Source of the DNA: a virus
Strand: one strand, 5' to 3'
DNA: 64,000 nucleotides
IMG/VR virus record: IMGVR_UViG_3300047335_000017
Span: 1-64,000 of that record
In this document: positions 41,314 to 49,362 of the stretch, in pieces
How positions within the stretch are numbered: the first letter of the stretch is position 1
Layout: the number at the start of each line of letters is the position of its first letter
Program-made: the position numbers and the translations under genes
The notes under the pieces: model-generated
Told to the model about the DNA's origin: nothing
Seen by the model: the letters and a program-made list of their open reading frames with translations, nothing else
Databases searched by the model: none

Positions 41314-44169
41314 ATGTGGGACTATAGAGATTACGCCTCGTTCGACTTTGAAACGTCGGGCACGCTCCCCGAGTACGCGCTCCAACCATGGCGCGTCGCG
41401 CAAGGCAAAGCGTGGCCGACATCACTTGTCTGGTTATGGAATGAGGATGGACATGGCCGTCATGACGGAGGACTATTCCCTACCAGAAAACTGGTTCGAA
41501 CTATGCTTGAATGGGCGCTGGACGAGAGACGCATCCTCGTGGGATGGAACACTGTTTTCGACATCTCGTGGCTTTACGCCCTCGCGCCCGAGAGACTTGT
41601 TAACGAGTGCCGATTTCTGGATGCAATGCTTCTCTGGCGACATCTCGATATCGAGCCTGAGTACGACGAGAGCGGGCGGACCAAGCGCTCCTACTCGCTT
41701 AAAGTTGCCTTCCCCGAGTTCTATCCCGAGCACGCCGGATACGAGCAAGAAATCGACTATCACTCAACCGATCCCGACGAGCTGCGAAAGCTGCACGAGT
41801 ACAACGTCCTGGATTGCGCCTTCACCCTTAGGCTCGCCAAGAGGTTCTGGGAAGGGCTGAAGTCCAAACAGCAGTCGACGGCTGTCGTGGAGGCGCGCTG
41901 CCTGAACATGGTGGGGCAGGCGAACCTCGAAGGGCTGATCATCGATCCCCTGGAGGTTGCGCAACTCTCGGCCAGCCTGAAGGTCACGGCGGCGAAGAAG
42001 CTCAAGTCGCTCGCGCCGCACGGGATCAGCGAAGAGGTTGTCCGATCGCCGGCCAAGCTCAGTAAAGTGATGTTCGACGATTGGAAGCTACCAGTTTACA
42101 GAGAGAACGAAAGCAAGAAGACTGGTAAGGTTTCCAGGTCCACGGATAAAGAAACTCTCCACGAGTTGTCGTTCATTGATCCACGCGCCAAAGAACTGCG
42201 TGAGTACCGCGAGGCCTTGAACACTGATACAAAGTTCGCGATGGCCCCAATCGCGGCGTGCGCATACAACGAGGACGGTAAGGCGCATCCCCTCGCGCGT
42301 GTGTTCGGAACCTATTCGGGCCGGATGACCTACAGCTCGAAGCAAGGCAAGAACAAGGACGAACGCCAGATCGGGTTCGCCCTGCACCAGGAAAAGCGCG
42401 AGGCGGCCTTCAGGCGCATCGTCGTGCCACCGCTGGGTTACACGCTCGTGGAGTTCGATGCCGCCGGCCAGGAGTTCAAGCTCATGGCGATCGCCAGCAA
42501 GGACCCTGTGATGCTCCAGCTTTGCCAGCCAGGGGAGGACGCGCACTCGTTCATGGGGGCCAGGGTTCTGAAGCGCGACTATGCCTGGGTCATGCAGCAC
42601 AAGGACAGTGATCCCATCGCCAAGAACGGCAGGAAATCTGGCAAGGTAGCTAATTTGTGCTGTAGTCATTCTTCTCCTATCTTGACAGACCGAGGGCATG
42701 TCGCCATACAGGACGTGCGATGCGACGACCTCATATGGGATGGGATCGAGTTCGTCGCACACGACGGTGTGGTGTTCAGCGGCGTGCGCGAAGTTGTCAC
42801 TCATGACGGGGTGACGGCGACGCCTGAACACCTTGTTCTCGTCAATCAAGAGTGGGTGCGTCTTGACGAAGCAAAAAGAAATGGTTGGAGCATCCAGTCC
42901 TCACGTCGGTCAACGCTTCGGATTGTGGACGGTATTGTCGCCCGAGTTAGAAAAACGTTCTGGCGAGAAATATGTGCGGTGTGCGTGTGTATGCGGAACC
43001 GTGGCATGGGTGCTTTACTCCAACGCGGTATGGGGAAAGTCGCAGGGATGCAGGAGTTGTGCGGTCAGAATACGACACGCTCGGGCTGGGCATCACATCA
43101 ACCAAACCTCGGTGGATCGAGCGCTGCAACAGAGGACAGCCAACTGGTTCTCTCGGTGCTCGAACCCGAACGATGGATCGTGGTGCAACTACGGCGCGCG
43201 TGGGATCGAGTGTCGGTTTACTTCGGTCAAGGAGGCGGTGGAGTACGTCAAGGCGACGCTGCCGCACCCGACCTATCAGGGACTAGATATAGATCGGATC
43301 GACAACGATGGGCATTACGAGCCGGGCAACCTCCGGTTGGTCACACGCAAGGTGAACCTGTTGAACAAGCGTGGTTCCAACATGGTTATATGGAAGGGGG
43401 AATTGATTACGACGCAAAGCTGGGCCGAAAGCCCATACTCGTTGACCTGTACGATGCGCTATGCGGCGCAAGGGCTTTCTGGCGAAGCTATCCTGCGCCG
43501 CGCCCACGAAGCCGTAGTGAAGAAACGCAAAGGCTGGCGCAAGATCGAAGCGAAGCTCCGGTCTACGACATTGTGAACTGTGGGCCTCGATCGCGCTTCT
43601 CTGCGAACGGTCGGATCGTTCACAACTCACTGATGTATAGAACGAGCGCCCCGAGACTTAGATCAACCGCGCGCGTCGACTACGGCATGCCAATGACCAT
43701 GGATGAAGCACGCTACATCAGGAAGACTTATCTACAATCATATAAGCGCGTCCCTGTATATTGGAGTGAGCAGATAATGCGCACTCGGCAGTTAGGTTAT
43801 GTCGAGACGTTCGCTGGCCGGCGCGTGAAAGTCCAAGGTGATTGGCAGGGGAACTTCGCTTGGAACATGGGCTCGACTGCCATCAACTATCGTATCCAAG
43901 GGACTGGCGCTGACCAGAAATATCTGGCACTCATGATGCTTGCCGATTACCTTTCCGAGATCGGCGCGCGGTTCGCTTTGGATTTCCACGACGGCCTGTA
44001 TTTCTACGTGCCGGACGAGAAGGTTTATGACATGGTGCACCACACGAAGGATGTTCTTGACAACCTTCCTTATGAAGCGGTGTGGAAATTCAAGATGCCG
44101 ATACCCCTGACGTGGGACGCGAAAATTGGCCCTTCGTGGGGAGACCTCAAACCTTACGAGTTTAAGTAG
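41314..44169 (+). CDS. family-A DNA polymerase with 3'-5' exonuclease domain, interrupted by an intein
   Basis: Exo motifs are FDFETSG, WNTVFD and YNVLD. Pol motif A is LVEFDAAGQEFKLMA. Motif B is split as RKSGKVANL | intein | SLMYRTS. Motif C is LDFHDGLYFYV. The frame is open over all 951 codons. Confidence 0.85.
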   Translation: MWDYRDYASFDFETSGTLPEYALQPWRVAQGKAWPTSLVWLWNEDGHGRHDGGLFPTRKLVRTMLEWALDERRILVGWNTVFDISWLYALAPERLVNECRFLDAMLLWRHLDIEPEYDESGRTKRSYSLKVAFPEFYPEHAGYEQEIDYHSTDPDELRKLHEYNVLDCAFTLRLAKRFWEGLKSKQQSTAVVEARCLNMVGQANLEGLIIDPLEVAQLSASLKVTAAKKLKSLAPHGISEEVVRSPAKLSKVMFDDWKLPVYRENESKKTGKVSRSTDKETLHELSFIDPRAKELREYREALNTDTKFAMAPIAACAYNEDGKAHPLARVFGTYSGRMTYSSKQGKNKDERQIGFALHQEKREAAFRRIVVPPLGYTLVEFDAAGQEFKLMAIASKDPVMLQLCQPGEDAHSFMGARVLKRDYAWVMQHKDSDPIAKNGRKSGKVANLCCSHSSPILTDRGHVAIQDVRCDDLIWDGIEFVAHDGVVFSGVREVVTHDGVTATPEHLVLVNQEWVRLDEAKRNGWSIQSSRRSTLRIVDGIVARVRKTFWREICAVCVCMRNRGMGALLQRGMGKVAGMQELCGQNTTRSGWASHQPNLGGSSAATEDSQLVLSVLEPERWIVVQLRRAWDRVSVYFGQGGGGVRQGDAAAPDLSGTRYRSDRQRWALRAGQPPVGHTQGEPVEQAWFQHGYMEGGIDYDAKLGRKPILVDLYDALCGARAFWRSYPAPRPRSRSEETQRLAQDRSEAPVYDIVNCGPRSRFSANGRIVHNSLMYRTSAPRLRSTARVDYGMPMTMDEARYIRKTYLQSYKRVPVYWSEQIMRTRQLGYVETFAGRRVKVQGDWQGNFAWNMGSTAINYRIQGTGADQKYLALMMLADYLSEIGARFALDFHDGLYFYVPDEKVYDMVHHTKDVLDNLPYEAVWKFKMPIPLTWDAKIGPSWGDLKPYEFK
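42658..43626 (+). mobile_element. intein (323 codons) inserted in polymerase motif B
   Basis: The N-terminal Cys codon is at 42658 (CCSHSSPILTDRGHVAIQDV, block A), with a TxxH block (TATPEH). C-terminal blocks are VYDIVNCG..FSANGRIVHN, followed by the +1 Ser at 43627. Confidence 0.7.
42833..43576 (+). CDS. HNH-like homing endonuclease paralog 3, nested inside the intein in the +1 frame relative to the polymerase
   Basis: 247-aa ORF (a possible start is also the MVGASS ATG at 42881). GQRFGLWTV..CACVCG..CRSC...WFSRCSNPND..YGARGIE...GLDIDRIDNDGHYEPGNLRLVT is homologous to 37398..37961 and 38409..38870. Confidence 0.6.
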   Translation: MFSSIKSGCVLTKQKEMVGASSPHVGQRFGLWTVLSPELEKRSGEKYVRCACVCGTVAWVLYSNAVWGKSQGCRSCAVRIRHARAGHHINQTSVDRALQQRTANWFSRCSNPNDGSWCNYGARGIECRFTSVKEAVEYVKATLPHPTYQGLDIDRIDNDGHYEPGNLRLVTRKVNLLNKRGSNMVIWKGELITTQSWAESPYSLTCTMRYAAQGLSGEAILRRAHEAVVKKRKGWRKIEAKLRSTTL

Positions 44170-44184
44170 AAGGATGTATCACTG

Positions 44185-44376
44185 ATGGCACAGTATATCG
44201 TGAACGAGAAAACCCATCGCGAATTCAAGCTGATCAAGTTCGACAAGGCCACGAACAAGGTCACGCTCCAGGGTGATCTCGGCGTCTTCGAAGAAGACTT
44301 CGACAAGGCCAAGCTGAAGGCGCTAGGTTACAAGCTCGTAACCCGCGAGGAAGAAGAGGAAGAACAGGTTGAGTGA
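44185..44376 (+). CDS. small acidic hypothetical protein
   Basis: 63-aa ORF with AAGGA upstream and a poly-Glu C-terminus. Confidence 0.45.
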   Translation: MAQYIVNEKTHREFKLIKFDKATNKVTLQGDLGVFEEDFDKAKLKALGYKLVTREEEEEEQVE

Positions 44377-44461
44377 TCTCGGAAGATACGTCTTCATCGT
44401 CACTGATCTGTATGCAATCGTCGCTTTGCTTATGGTTATCAGCTTCACTTAGGAGTGAGAG

Positions 44462-44776
44462 ATGCCCTCATCACCTAATTACCATCGCAACTACGCGGAA
44501 GAGTACAAGACGGCCAAGGCCCGAGGCGAGAAGGGCACGGGCCACAACAGCGACAACGCCAAGCGGGAGCGCCTGAGGCGAGAGGCGCTGAAGCGTGGGC
44601 TGGTGAAGCCGGGGCAAGACCTGGACCACCGCAAGCCTCTCAGCAAGGGCGGATCGAACACGCTCGCCAACGCACGCCCCGAGAGCGTGCACGCCAACCG
44701 GAGCTTTCCTAGAGATAAGAACGGCGCTATGATACGTAACGTAGAAGCTACCCCGCCAGGGCATGACAAAAAATGA
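44462..44776 (+). CDS. small HNH (His-Me finger) nuclease-like protein
   Basis: 104 aa. DLDHRKPLSKGGSNTLANARPESVHANRS fits a DH..P...GG..N....H.N HNH core. AGGAG lies upstream. Confidence 0.5.
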   Translation: MPSSPNYHRNYAEEYKTAKARGEKGTGHNSDNAKRERLRREALKRGLVKPGQDLDHRKPLSKGGSNTLANARPESVHANRSFPRDKNGAMIRNVEATPPGHDKK

Positions 44777-44785
44777 AGAGGGTGA

Positions 44786-44980
44786 GTGATGACATACAAA
44801 CTAGAACCTGAGATCGAGTTCCTTAGACATAATCCTGAGATGCAGGCCCGAATATCGATCGCCATCTCGCTCAAGCGCATCGCCGACAAGCTTGAACTTT
44901 TGATTGAGCTTATGGCGGAAGATCAGTCCACCGGCGATGAAGACCTAGACGCCATACGCAAGAAGTATGGATCAGTGTAA
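44786..44980 (+). CDS. small hypothetical protein
   Basis: 64-aa ORF. Confidence 0.4.
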   Translation: MMTYKLEPEIEFLRHNPEMQARISIAISLKRIADKLELLIELMAEDQSTGDEDLDAIRKKYGSV

Positions 44981-44983
44981 CGT

Positions 44984-44998
44984 GTTACATCCTGTAAC
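44984..44998. promoter_or_regulatory. GTTAC-N5-GTAAC palindrome, site 12
   Basis: GTTACATCCTGTAAC, directly followed by TCAGGAG and the start at 45011/45014. Confidence 0.7.
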
Positions 44999-45010
44999 TC
45001 AGGAGATTGA

Positions 45011-45694
45011 TTGATGTTTGTCTATCGACTAACCAAGTGCCCGAACTTCACGTTGGCCTCAGTACCGTTCGACGTGATGCGAAACAAGATGCTCAATGTT
45101 CCCGCGATGAAGCTCGTCGGCTACTCGCCTACCGCGCTCGACGAAGACAAGAAACTATTCTTCGACACGATCAAGCTGATCGGCTGGAACGGCTCGAAGG
45201 GCGGCGAGCTGATGTGCTACGCCGTCCCATACCCTCACACCTTCAACGTCGGCTTTCTTCTCCAGAACGGGACGAACCCGGCGGTGTTCGTCGGCTATCC
45301 GTTCCCCTTGGATTACCTCAACGAGGAAGCCGATGACCGCACCGACAGCATGGAAAAGGCCCGCACGATCGCAGCCATGCAAGGCAAGGACACCGAGCCC
45401 TACGGATCGGCAGCGCCCATATCCCATGCCGATTGGAGGCGCAGCTACAAGGGCAATATGTGGACCACGATCGAGGGGACGAACTGCGTCGTGCTCCCTG
45501 AAGGCAGCGGCTTCAGGGCGCTGCTGCGCGGCGGCGGAACGAACACGATCACTTCCAAGGTGTTCCCTACAGAAGCGGAAGTGATAGCTTATGTCATGAA
45601 CAACTATCGAAACTTGATCAAGCCATGGCTGATGGGAAGAATGAATGCCGTCGCAAGCGCAGACCTCTTCATCGAAGACGACACAGACGATTGA
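45011..45694 (+). CDS. hypothetical protein
   Basis: 227-aa ORF (TTG at 45011 or ATG at 45014), with AGGAG 5-8 nt upstream. Confidence 0.55.
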   Translation: MMFVYRLTKCPNFTLASVPFDVMRNKMLNVPAMKLVGYSPTALDEDKKLFFDTIKLIGWNGSKGGELMCYAVPYPHTFNVGFLLQNGTNPAVFVGYPFPLDYLNEEADDRTDSMEKARTIAAMQGKDTEPYGSAAPISHADWRRSYKGNMWTTIEGTNCVVLPEGSGFRALLRGGGTNTITSKVFPTEAEVIAYVMNNYRNLIKPWLMGRMNAVASADLFIEDDTDD

Positions 45695-45902
45695 TCCTCG
45701 GATCAACAGCCTAGCGCTGAAGCTAGATCGCTACATCTTTTCTCAGCGCGATGGCAACAAACCAATCACAGTCGGCTTGGCGGTAGCTGCTATCGGGACG
45801 CTGCTTGCCCAGAAACCGGACACTCCCGAGAACATGGAAAATCTGATCGCCGATATGGTTTCGGCGATCAGGATCGGCTACTATTTGAGGGACAAACAAT
45901 GA
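45645..45902 (+). CDS. possible small protein (start uncertain)
   Basis: 85-aa track ORF that overlaps the previous gene by 50 nt. Its stop overlaps the next start. Confidence 0.3.
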   Translation: MPSQAQTSSSKTTQTIDPRINSLALKLDRYIFSQRDGNKPITVGLAVAAIGTLLAQKPDTPENMENLIADMVSAIRIGYYLRDKQ

Positions 45903-46468
45903 GACATATATTTCTCGACTTGGAGACTTGGGGCACGGACCCTTACTCGGTGATCACGCAGATCGGCGCATGCCAGTGGCATCCCACGCACACCGAGCAC
46001 CAGGGCATCGTCACGAACTCCTTCGAGGTTTGCGTGGACCCGGTGTCGTGCCAGAAGGCCGGCCTGCGGATCGACGCCGACACCGTTGGCTGGTGGATGG
46101 ACCCGGATCGAGACGAGCCGCGTGAGCAGTGGCACAAGACGCTCAAGTTCGAACTGCCGCTCGCGCTTGACGGCTTCGTGGAATGGCTCACCCATATCGA
46201 GCCGGACCCGACCAAGCGCGTCATCTGGGGCAATGGCTCGGACTTCGATAACGTCCTGCTGGCCAACGCCTTCAAGGTCTCTCAGCGCGAGGTTCCCTGG
46301 AGCTTCAGGAACAACCGTTGCTTCAGGACGCTCAAGGCCATGGTCAAGGAACCTAGGGGTTTCGAGCCCACAATGTCTGGGTTCACCAAACATACCGCGC
46401 TCGCCGACGCGCTGCACGAAGCGCATTGGGCGAACACGATCTGCCGCCATCTCAACCTCGACATCTAA
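45899..46468 (+). CDS. DEDDh 3'-5' exonuclease (DnaQ-like)
   Basis: 189 aa with IFLDLETWG (ExoI), WGNGSDFDNVLL (ExoII) and HTALADALHEAH (ExoIII, His type). Confidence 0.7.
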   Translation: MRHIFLDLETWGTDPYSVITQIGACQWHPTHTEHQGIVTNSFEVCVDPVSCQKAGLRIDADTVGWWMDPDRDEPREQWHKTLKFELPLALDGFVEWLTHIEPDPTKRVIWGNGSDFDNVLLANAFKVSQREVPWSFRNNRCFRTLKAMVKEPRGFEPTMSGFTKHTALADALHEAHWANTICRHLNLDI

Positions 46469-46477
46469 GGATCAACC

Positions 46478-47128
46478 ATGAACGCGCAACCTGACATTCA
46501 ATACATCTCTTCATCCAAGCAGATTGGTGGCATCGACGAGCTGATCGTCGACGCTTACAACAAGCTGCTCGAAGAGAACCATAATCTCAAGAGCATTATG
46601 TCTTCGATCAATAAGCAGGGCACGGTTCAAGCCATGGAAGTGAAGCCATCTTCCTCGCAACGGGAGCAGGAACTTCTGGAAAAGAACGTCGAGCTGGAGA
46701 CCGAGCTTCGTGAAGCGAACAACAAGAACCAGGGCACGCCCAACCAGTTCACTGACCTGGACGTGTTCGCGAGAGACGCCTCTACATGGGTGGGCGACAC
46801 GTTCGGGTTCAAGTGCATGGCTTCAGGTCGGGAGCGCGCTCTGCGTTTCCTGGAGGAAGCTATGGAGCTAGCCCAGGCGTGCGATCTTAGCAAAGCCGAC
46901 ACGGCAGCCATGATGGATTACGTCTACAGTCGGCCGCCGGGAGCCGTCCCCGACGAGATCGGCGGTGTCCTCATGACGTTGGCCCCCCTGAGCGTGACAT
47001 TCGACGTGAAGCTTGGCTGGCTCGCTCGCAGGGTGCTCAACTCCTGCTGGGATCGACAAGCGCAAATCAGCCAGAAGCACTGGAACAAGCCCGCGCATCT
47101 GCTGGCCGTGTTCAAGTATAATCTCTGA
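46478..47128 (+). CDS. hypothetical protein with a possible MazG-like C-terminal domain
   Basis: 216 aa with an N-terminal coiled coil. The C-terminal RALRFLEEAMELAQA ... EIGGVLMTL resembles MazG-type pyrophosphohydrolase helices (weak match). Confidence 0.4.
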   Translation: MNAQPDIQYISSSKQIGGIDELIVDAYNKLLEENHNLKSIMSSINKQGTVQAMEVKPSSSQREQELLEKNVELETELREANNKNQGTPNQFTDLDVFARDASTWVGDTFGFKCMASGRERALRFLEEAMELAQACDLSKADTAAMMDYVYSRPPGAVPDEIGGVLMTLAPLSVTFDVKLGWLARRVLNSCWDRQAQISQKHWNKPAHLLAVFKYNL

Positions 47129-47352
47129 TGCGCTGGCTGCTATGGCGCTGGGGAACGCGAGGGTCTTCCCCGGCAATTCTCACGATCCAATCCTTGGATC
47201 AACACGATCGCGGCACGGCCCTCGGCCAACCCATCCTTCTAAAGCCGGAAGAAGAGAACCTTCCCTTCAGCGATCTCGTGAAACTCTATCCGCCTCCAAC
47301 CAACCAAGAGTTTCCTGATCACGTGAGCAAACCAAGAAAGAGTGCTGACTGA
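47128..47352 (+). CDS. possible small protein
   Basis: 74-aa ORF whose start and stop both overlap neighbouring genes (ATGA at both ends). The composition is only moderately protein-like. Confidence 0.35.
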   Translation: MRWLLWRWGTRGSSPAILTIQSLDQHDRGTALGQPILLKPEEENLPFSDLVKLYPPPTNQEFPDHVSKPRKSAD

Positions 47353-48035
47353 TGACTACTCCATTGGCTTGGAGCCCGAGTTCTATTGAGACATTCGTGA
47401 ACTGCCCACGCCAGTATCATGGAAAATACGTCCTCAAGAAGTTCCCTCGCGAAGAGCAAAGTCCTGAACAGGTCTACGGTGAGGAAGCCCACAAGCACTT
47501 CGAGAACAGGCAGGCCCATGGAACCGAGTTGCCAGAGGACTTGGCCGTTCACGAGCCCTTCATGAAGCGGCTGGACGCACTGCCCGGCATGACGTTCGTG
47601 GAGAACAAGGTCGCCCTAACCAAGAAGCTCGAAGCCGTCTCATGGGACTGGCGGCGGGATGAGATTTGGTTCAGGGGGATCATCGATTTCAAGAAAGTCG
47701 ACGATGAAAGCAAGCGCGCTTGGATCGTCGACTACAAAACAGGTAGGCCGCATCAGAAGCTCAGACAACTGGTCATCTATGCGATCCACACATTCATCGC
47801 CCATCCGAATGTCGATCTGATTGACGCGAGGTTCTACTGGACGAAGGACGGCACGAACACCCGCAAGGTGTGGGACCGCACCGAGCTGGAGGGCCTGTGG
47901 GGCACGATCATTGGCGATCTACGCCAGTACAAGGAAGCCTTCAAGACGAACATCTGGCAGCCGCGCCCCTCCGGGCTCTGCGCTGGCTGGTGCCCGGATA
48001 CGGACTGTGAATATTGGAAATCAAAGAGGAAGTGA
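47352..48035 (+). CDS. PD-(D/E)XK nuclease, Cas4/RecB-like with a Cys cluster
   Basis: 227 aa with GIIDFKKV...WIVDYKTG (D..DxK). One N-terminal Cys (NCPRQY) plus C-terminal CAGWCPDTDC match the four-Cys Fe-S arrangement of Cas4-type nucleases. Confidence 0.7.
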   Translation: MTTPLAWSPSSIETFVNCPRQYHGKYVLKKFPREEQSPEQVYGEEAHKHFENRQAHGTELPEDLAVHEPFMKRLDALPGMTFVENKVALTKKLEAVSWDWRRDEIWFRGIIDFKKVDDESKRAWIVDYKTGRPHQKLRQLVIYAIHTFIAHPNVDLIDARFYWTKDGTNTRKVWDRTELEGLWGTIIGDLRQYKEAFKTNIWQPRPSGLCAGWCPDTDCEYWKSKRK

Positions 48036-48322
48036 TGCGCAAGAAAGAGAGCGAACTCGATCGCTTCGGGCGCGGACCTCAGGGTCCGTTCCCGTGGCGC
48101 AACGCTCGCCAGATCGGCGGCGTTCAATCAAACCTTCAGGGCGCGATCAACCAGTGTACCGACGGCGCGTATGTTACACTGGACATCAAAGTCGCGCACA
48201 ATCTGATCGATATATGTCGTCAAGCTAAACATACGGAGACCAATCATGAAGAACAAGAAGCTCCCGCGAACCGCAAGCGAGAACGAGAGCGGGCTAAAGA
48301 AGAGGGTCAAGCGTCTTCTTGA
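48035..48322 (+). CDS. possible small protein
   Basis: ATG at 48035 overlaps the upstream stop. The 3' end overlaps the VRR-NUC gene by 77 nt. Confidence 0.3.
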   Translation: MRKKESELDRFGRGPQGPFPWRNARQIGGVQSNLQGAINQCTDGAYVTLDIKVAHNLIDICRQAKHTETNHEEQEAPANRKRERERAKEEGQASS

Positions 48323-48737
48323 TGACCATGACTGGTTCTATTGGATGCCGCCGGCCAATGGCTACGGGGCGACAGGGATCAGTGATATACACGCTACATG
48401 GAACAGCGTGTTCATGGCTATCGAGACCAAGCTGTCCCGCAACAAGGTCACGCCGATGCAGGCCGCGTTCCTCAACTCGATCCGGGCGACGGGGCATTTC
48501 GCGTTCGTCGTGGACGAGAACAACATCGATTGGCTTTGGACGTTCCTCCAGGACTTGGCGGATACGACGCGGGAGGCCACCCATGGGCGCTCGCCGCATC
48601 CCGAGATCGGGGCGCGTATGCTCAACGCCATCGCGGCGCTGACCGCGCGCATCCCGGCCACCGACATTCAGGTGAAGCGGGATGTCGTGCATCCAGCGCT
48701 TCACCAAACCTTCGCAGAAGATGAAGACCATGAATAA
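48246..48737 (+). CDS. VRR-NUC domain nuclease
   Basis: 163 aa. ESGLKKRVKRLL ... GISDIH ... FMAIETK ... MQAAFL fits the VRR-NUC (PD-(D/E)XK-type) pattern. GGAG lies upstream. Confidence 0.6.
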   Translation: MKNKKLPRTASENESGLKKRVKRLLDDHDWFYWMPPANGYGATGISDIHATWNSVFMAIETKLSRNKVTPMQAAFLNSIRATGHFAFVVDENNIDWLWTFLQDLADTTREATHGRSPHPEIGARMLNAIAALTARIPATDIQVKRDVVHPALHQTFAEDEDHE

Positions 48738-49170
48738 AATTCTCGCCTTGTTTATGCTTATCACGCAGCAAGCTCATGCGCAGGATGCGGCGATCGGCGA
48801 CAGCATCGCCTTCGGCGTAGGGCAGGCGCTCCATGTCCCCACGCAAGCCTGGGTAGGGGCTTCGAGTTGCTACGTGTTACATCATGTAACACATGAGTTC
48901 TATCGTTATGTCGTTGTGAGCGCAGGCATAAATGACCCTCCAGGCCCTTGCGTCCGCGAGCTTCTTCGGTCTATCGTGGCTCAGCGCATCGTAGTCATTC
49001 TGCCCGCCCCTATCAACTCGGCGAGAGCCAATGTTGCTAGGCAAGCAATCGCAAGAGGGGCGGATACGATCGCTTATGATTGCCGGGGTGGGTGTAATGC
49101 TCACAACTTCCACCCCGGCAGTTATGCCGTGCTTGCTCAGAGGGTGCGCGAAATATGGTCGACACCCTGA
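48721..49170 (+). CDS. secreted SGNH/GDSL-type hydrolase
   Basis: MKTMNKILALFMLITQQAHA looks like a signal peptide. Then come IGDSIAFG (block I), SAGINDP (block III, GxND) and NFHPG (block V-like). Confidence 0.5.
   Translation: MKTMNKILALFMLITQQAHAQDAAIGDSIAFGVGQALHVPTQAWVGASSCYVLHHVTHEFYRYVVVSAGINDPPGPCVRELLRSIVAQRIVVILPAPINSARANVARQAIARGADTIAYDCRGGCNAHNFHPGSYAVLAQRVREIWSTP
48876..48890. promoter_or_regulatory. GTTAC-N5-GTAAC palindrome, site 13 (intragenic)
   Basis: GTTACATCATGTAAC (GTGTTACA/TGTAACAC) inside the SGNH hydrolase gene, encoding ..YVLHHVTH.. Confidence 0.6.
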
Positions 49171-49358
49171 ACCTCAAGATCGTGGACATGCCGGACGATC
49201 CGCCTTGTTCATTCTGCAAGACATCGAGAGGGGGTCGTATAGTGATCATCAACACGCCCCACAATGATACGTTCATGTGCTCGGATTGTATCATTGAACT
49301 GCATGCGCACATCATGGAAATCAGGACGGCTCTGGCCGATCCAAGCAGAAGGAATTGA
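49155..49358 (+). CDS. small zinc-ribbon protein resembling the ClpX N-terminal zinc-binding domain
   Basis: 67 aa. PPCSFCKTSRGGRIVIINTPHNDTFMCSDCIIELHAHI has a CxxC...CxxC pattern and spacing like the ClpX C4 domain. Confidence 0.45.
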   Translation: MVDTLNLKIVDMPDDPPCSFCKTSRGGRIVIINTPHNDTFMCSDCIIELHAHIMEIRTALADPSRRN

Positions 49359-49362
49359 TTTA
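49332..49362. repeat. left copy of a 31-bp direct repeat bracketing the methyltransferase gene
   Basis: CTGGCCGATCCAAGCAGAAGGAATTGATTTA matches 50035-50065 at 29 of 31 positions. Confidence 0.85.

Noticed and set aside
40130-42849. Minus-strand ORFs 40130..40798 and 42088..42849
   Set aside because: They are antisense to the Dcd-like and polymerase genes, which carry clear catalytic motifs on the plus strand.
42658-43626. Group I intron with a free-standing homing endonuclease instead of an intein
   Set aside because: The polymerase frame stays open across the whole insert. The insert also begins and ends with canonical protein-splicing residues (Cys ... His-Asn/Ser), and a TxxH block is present.
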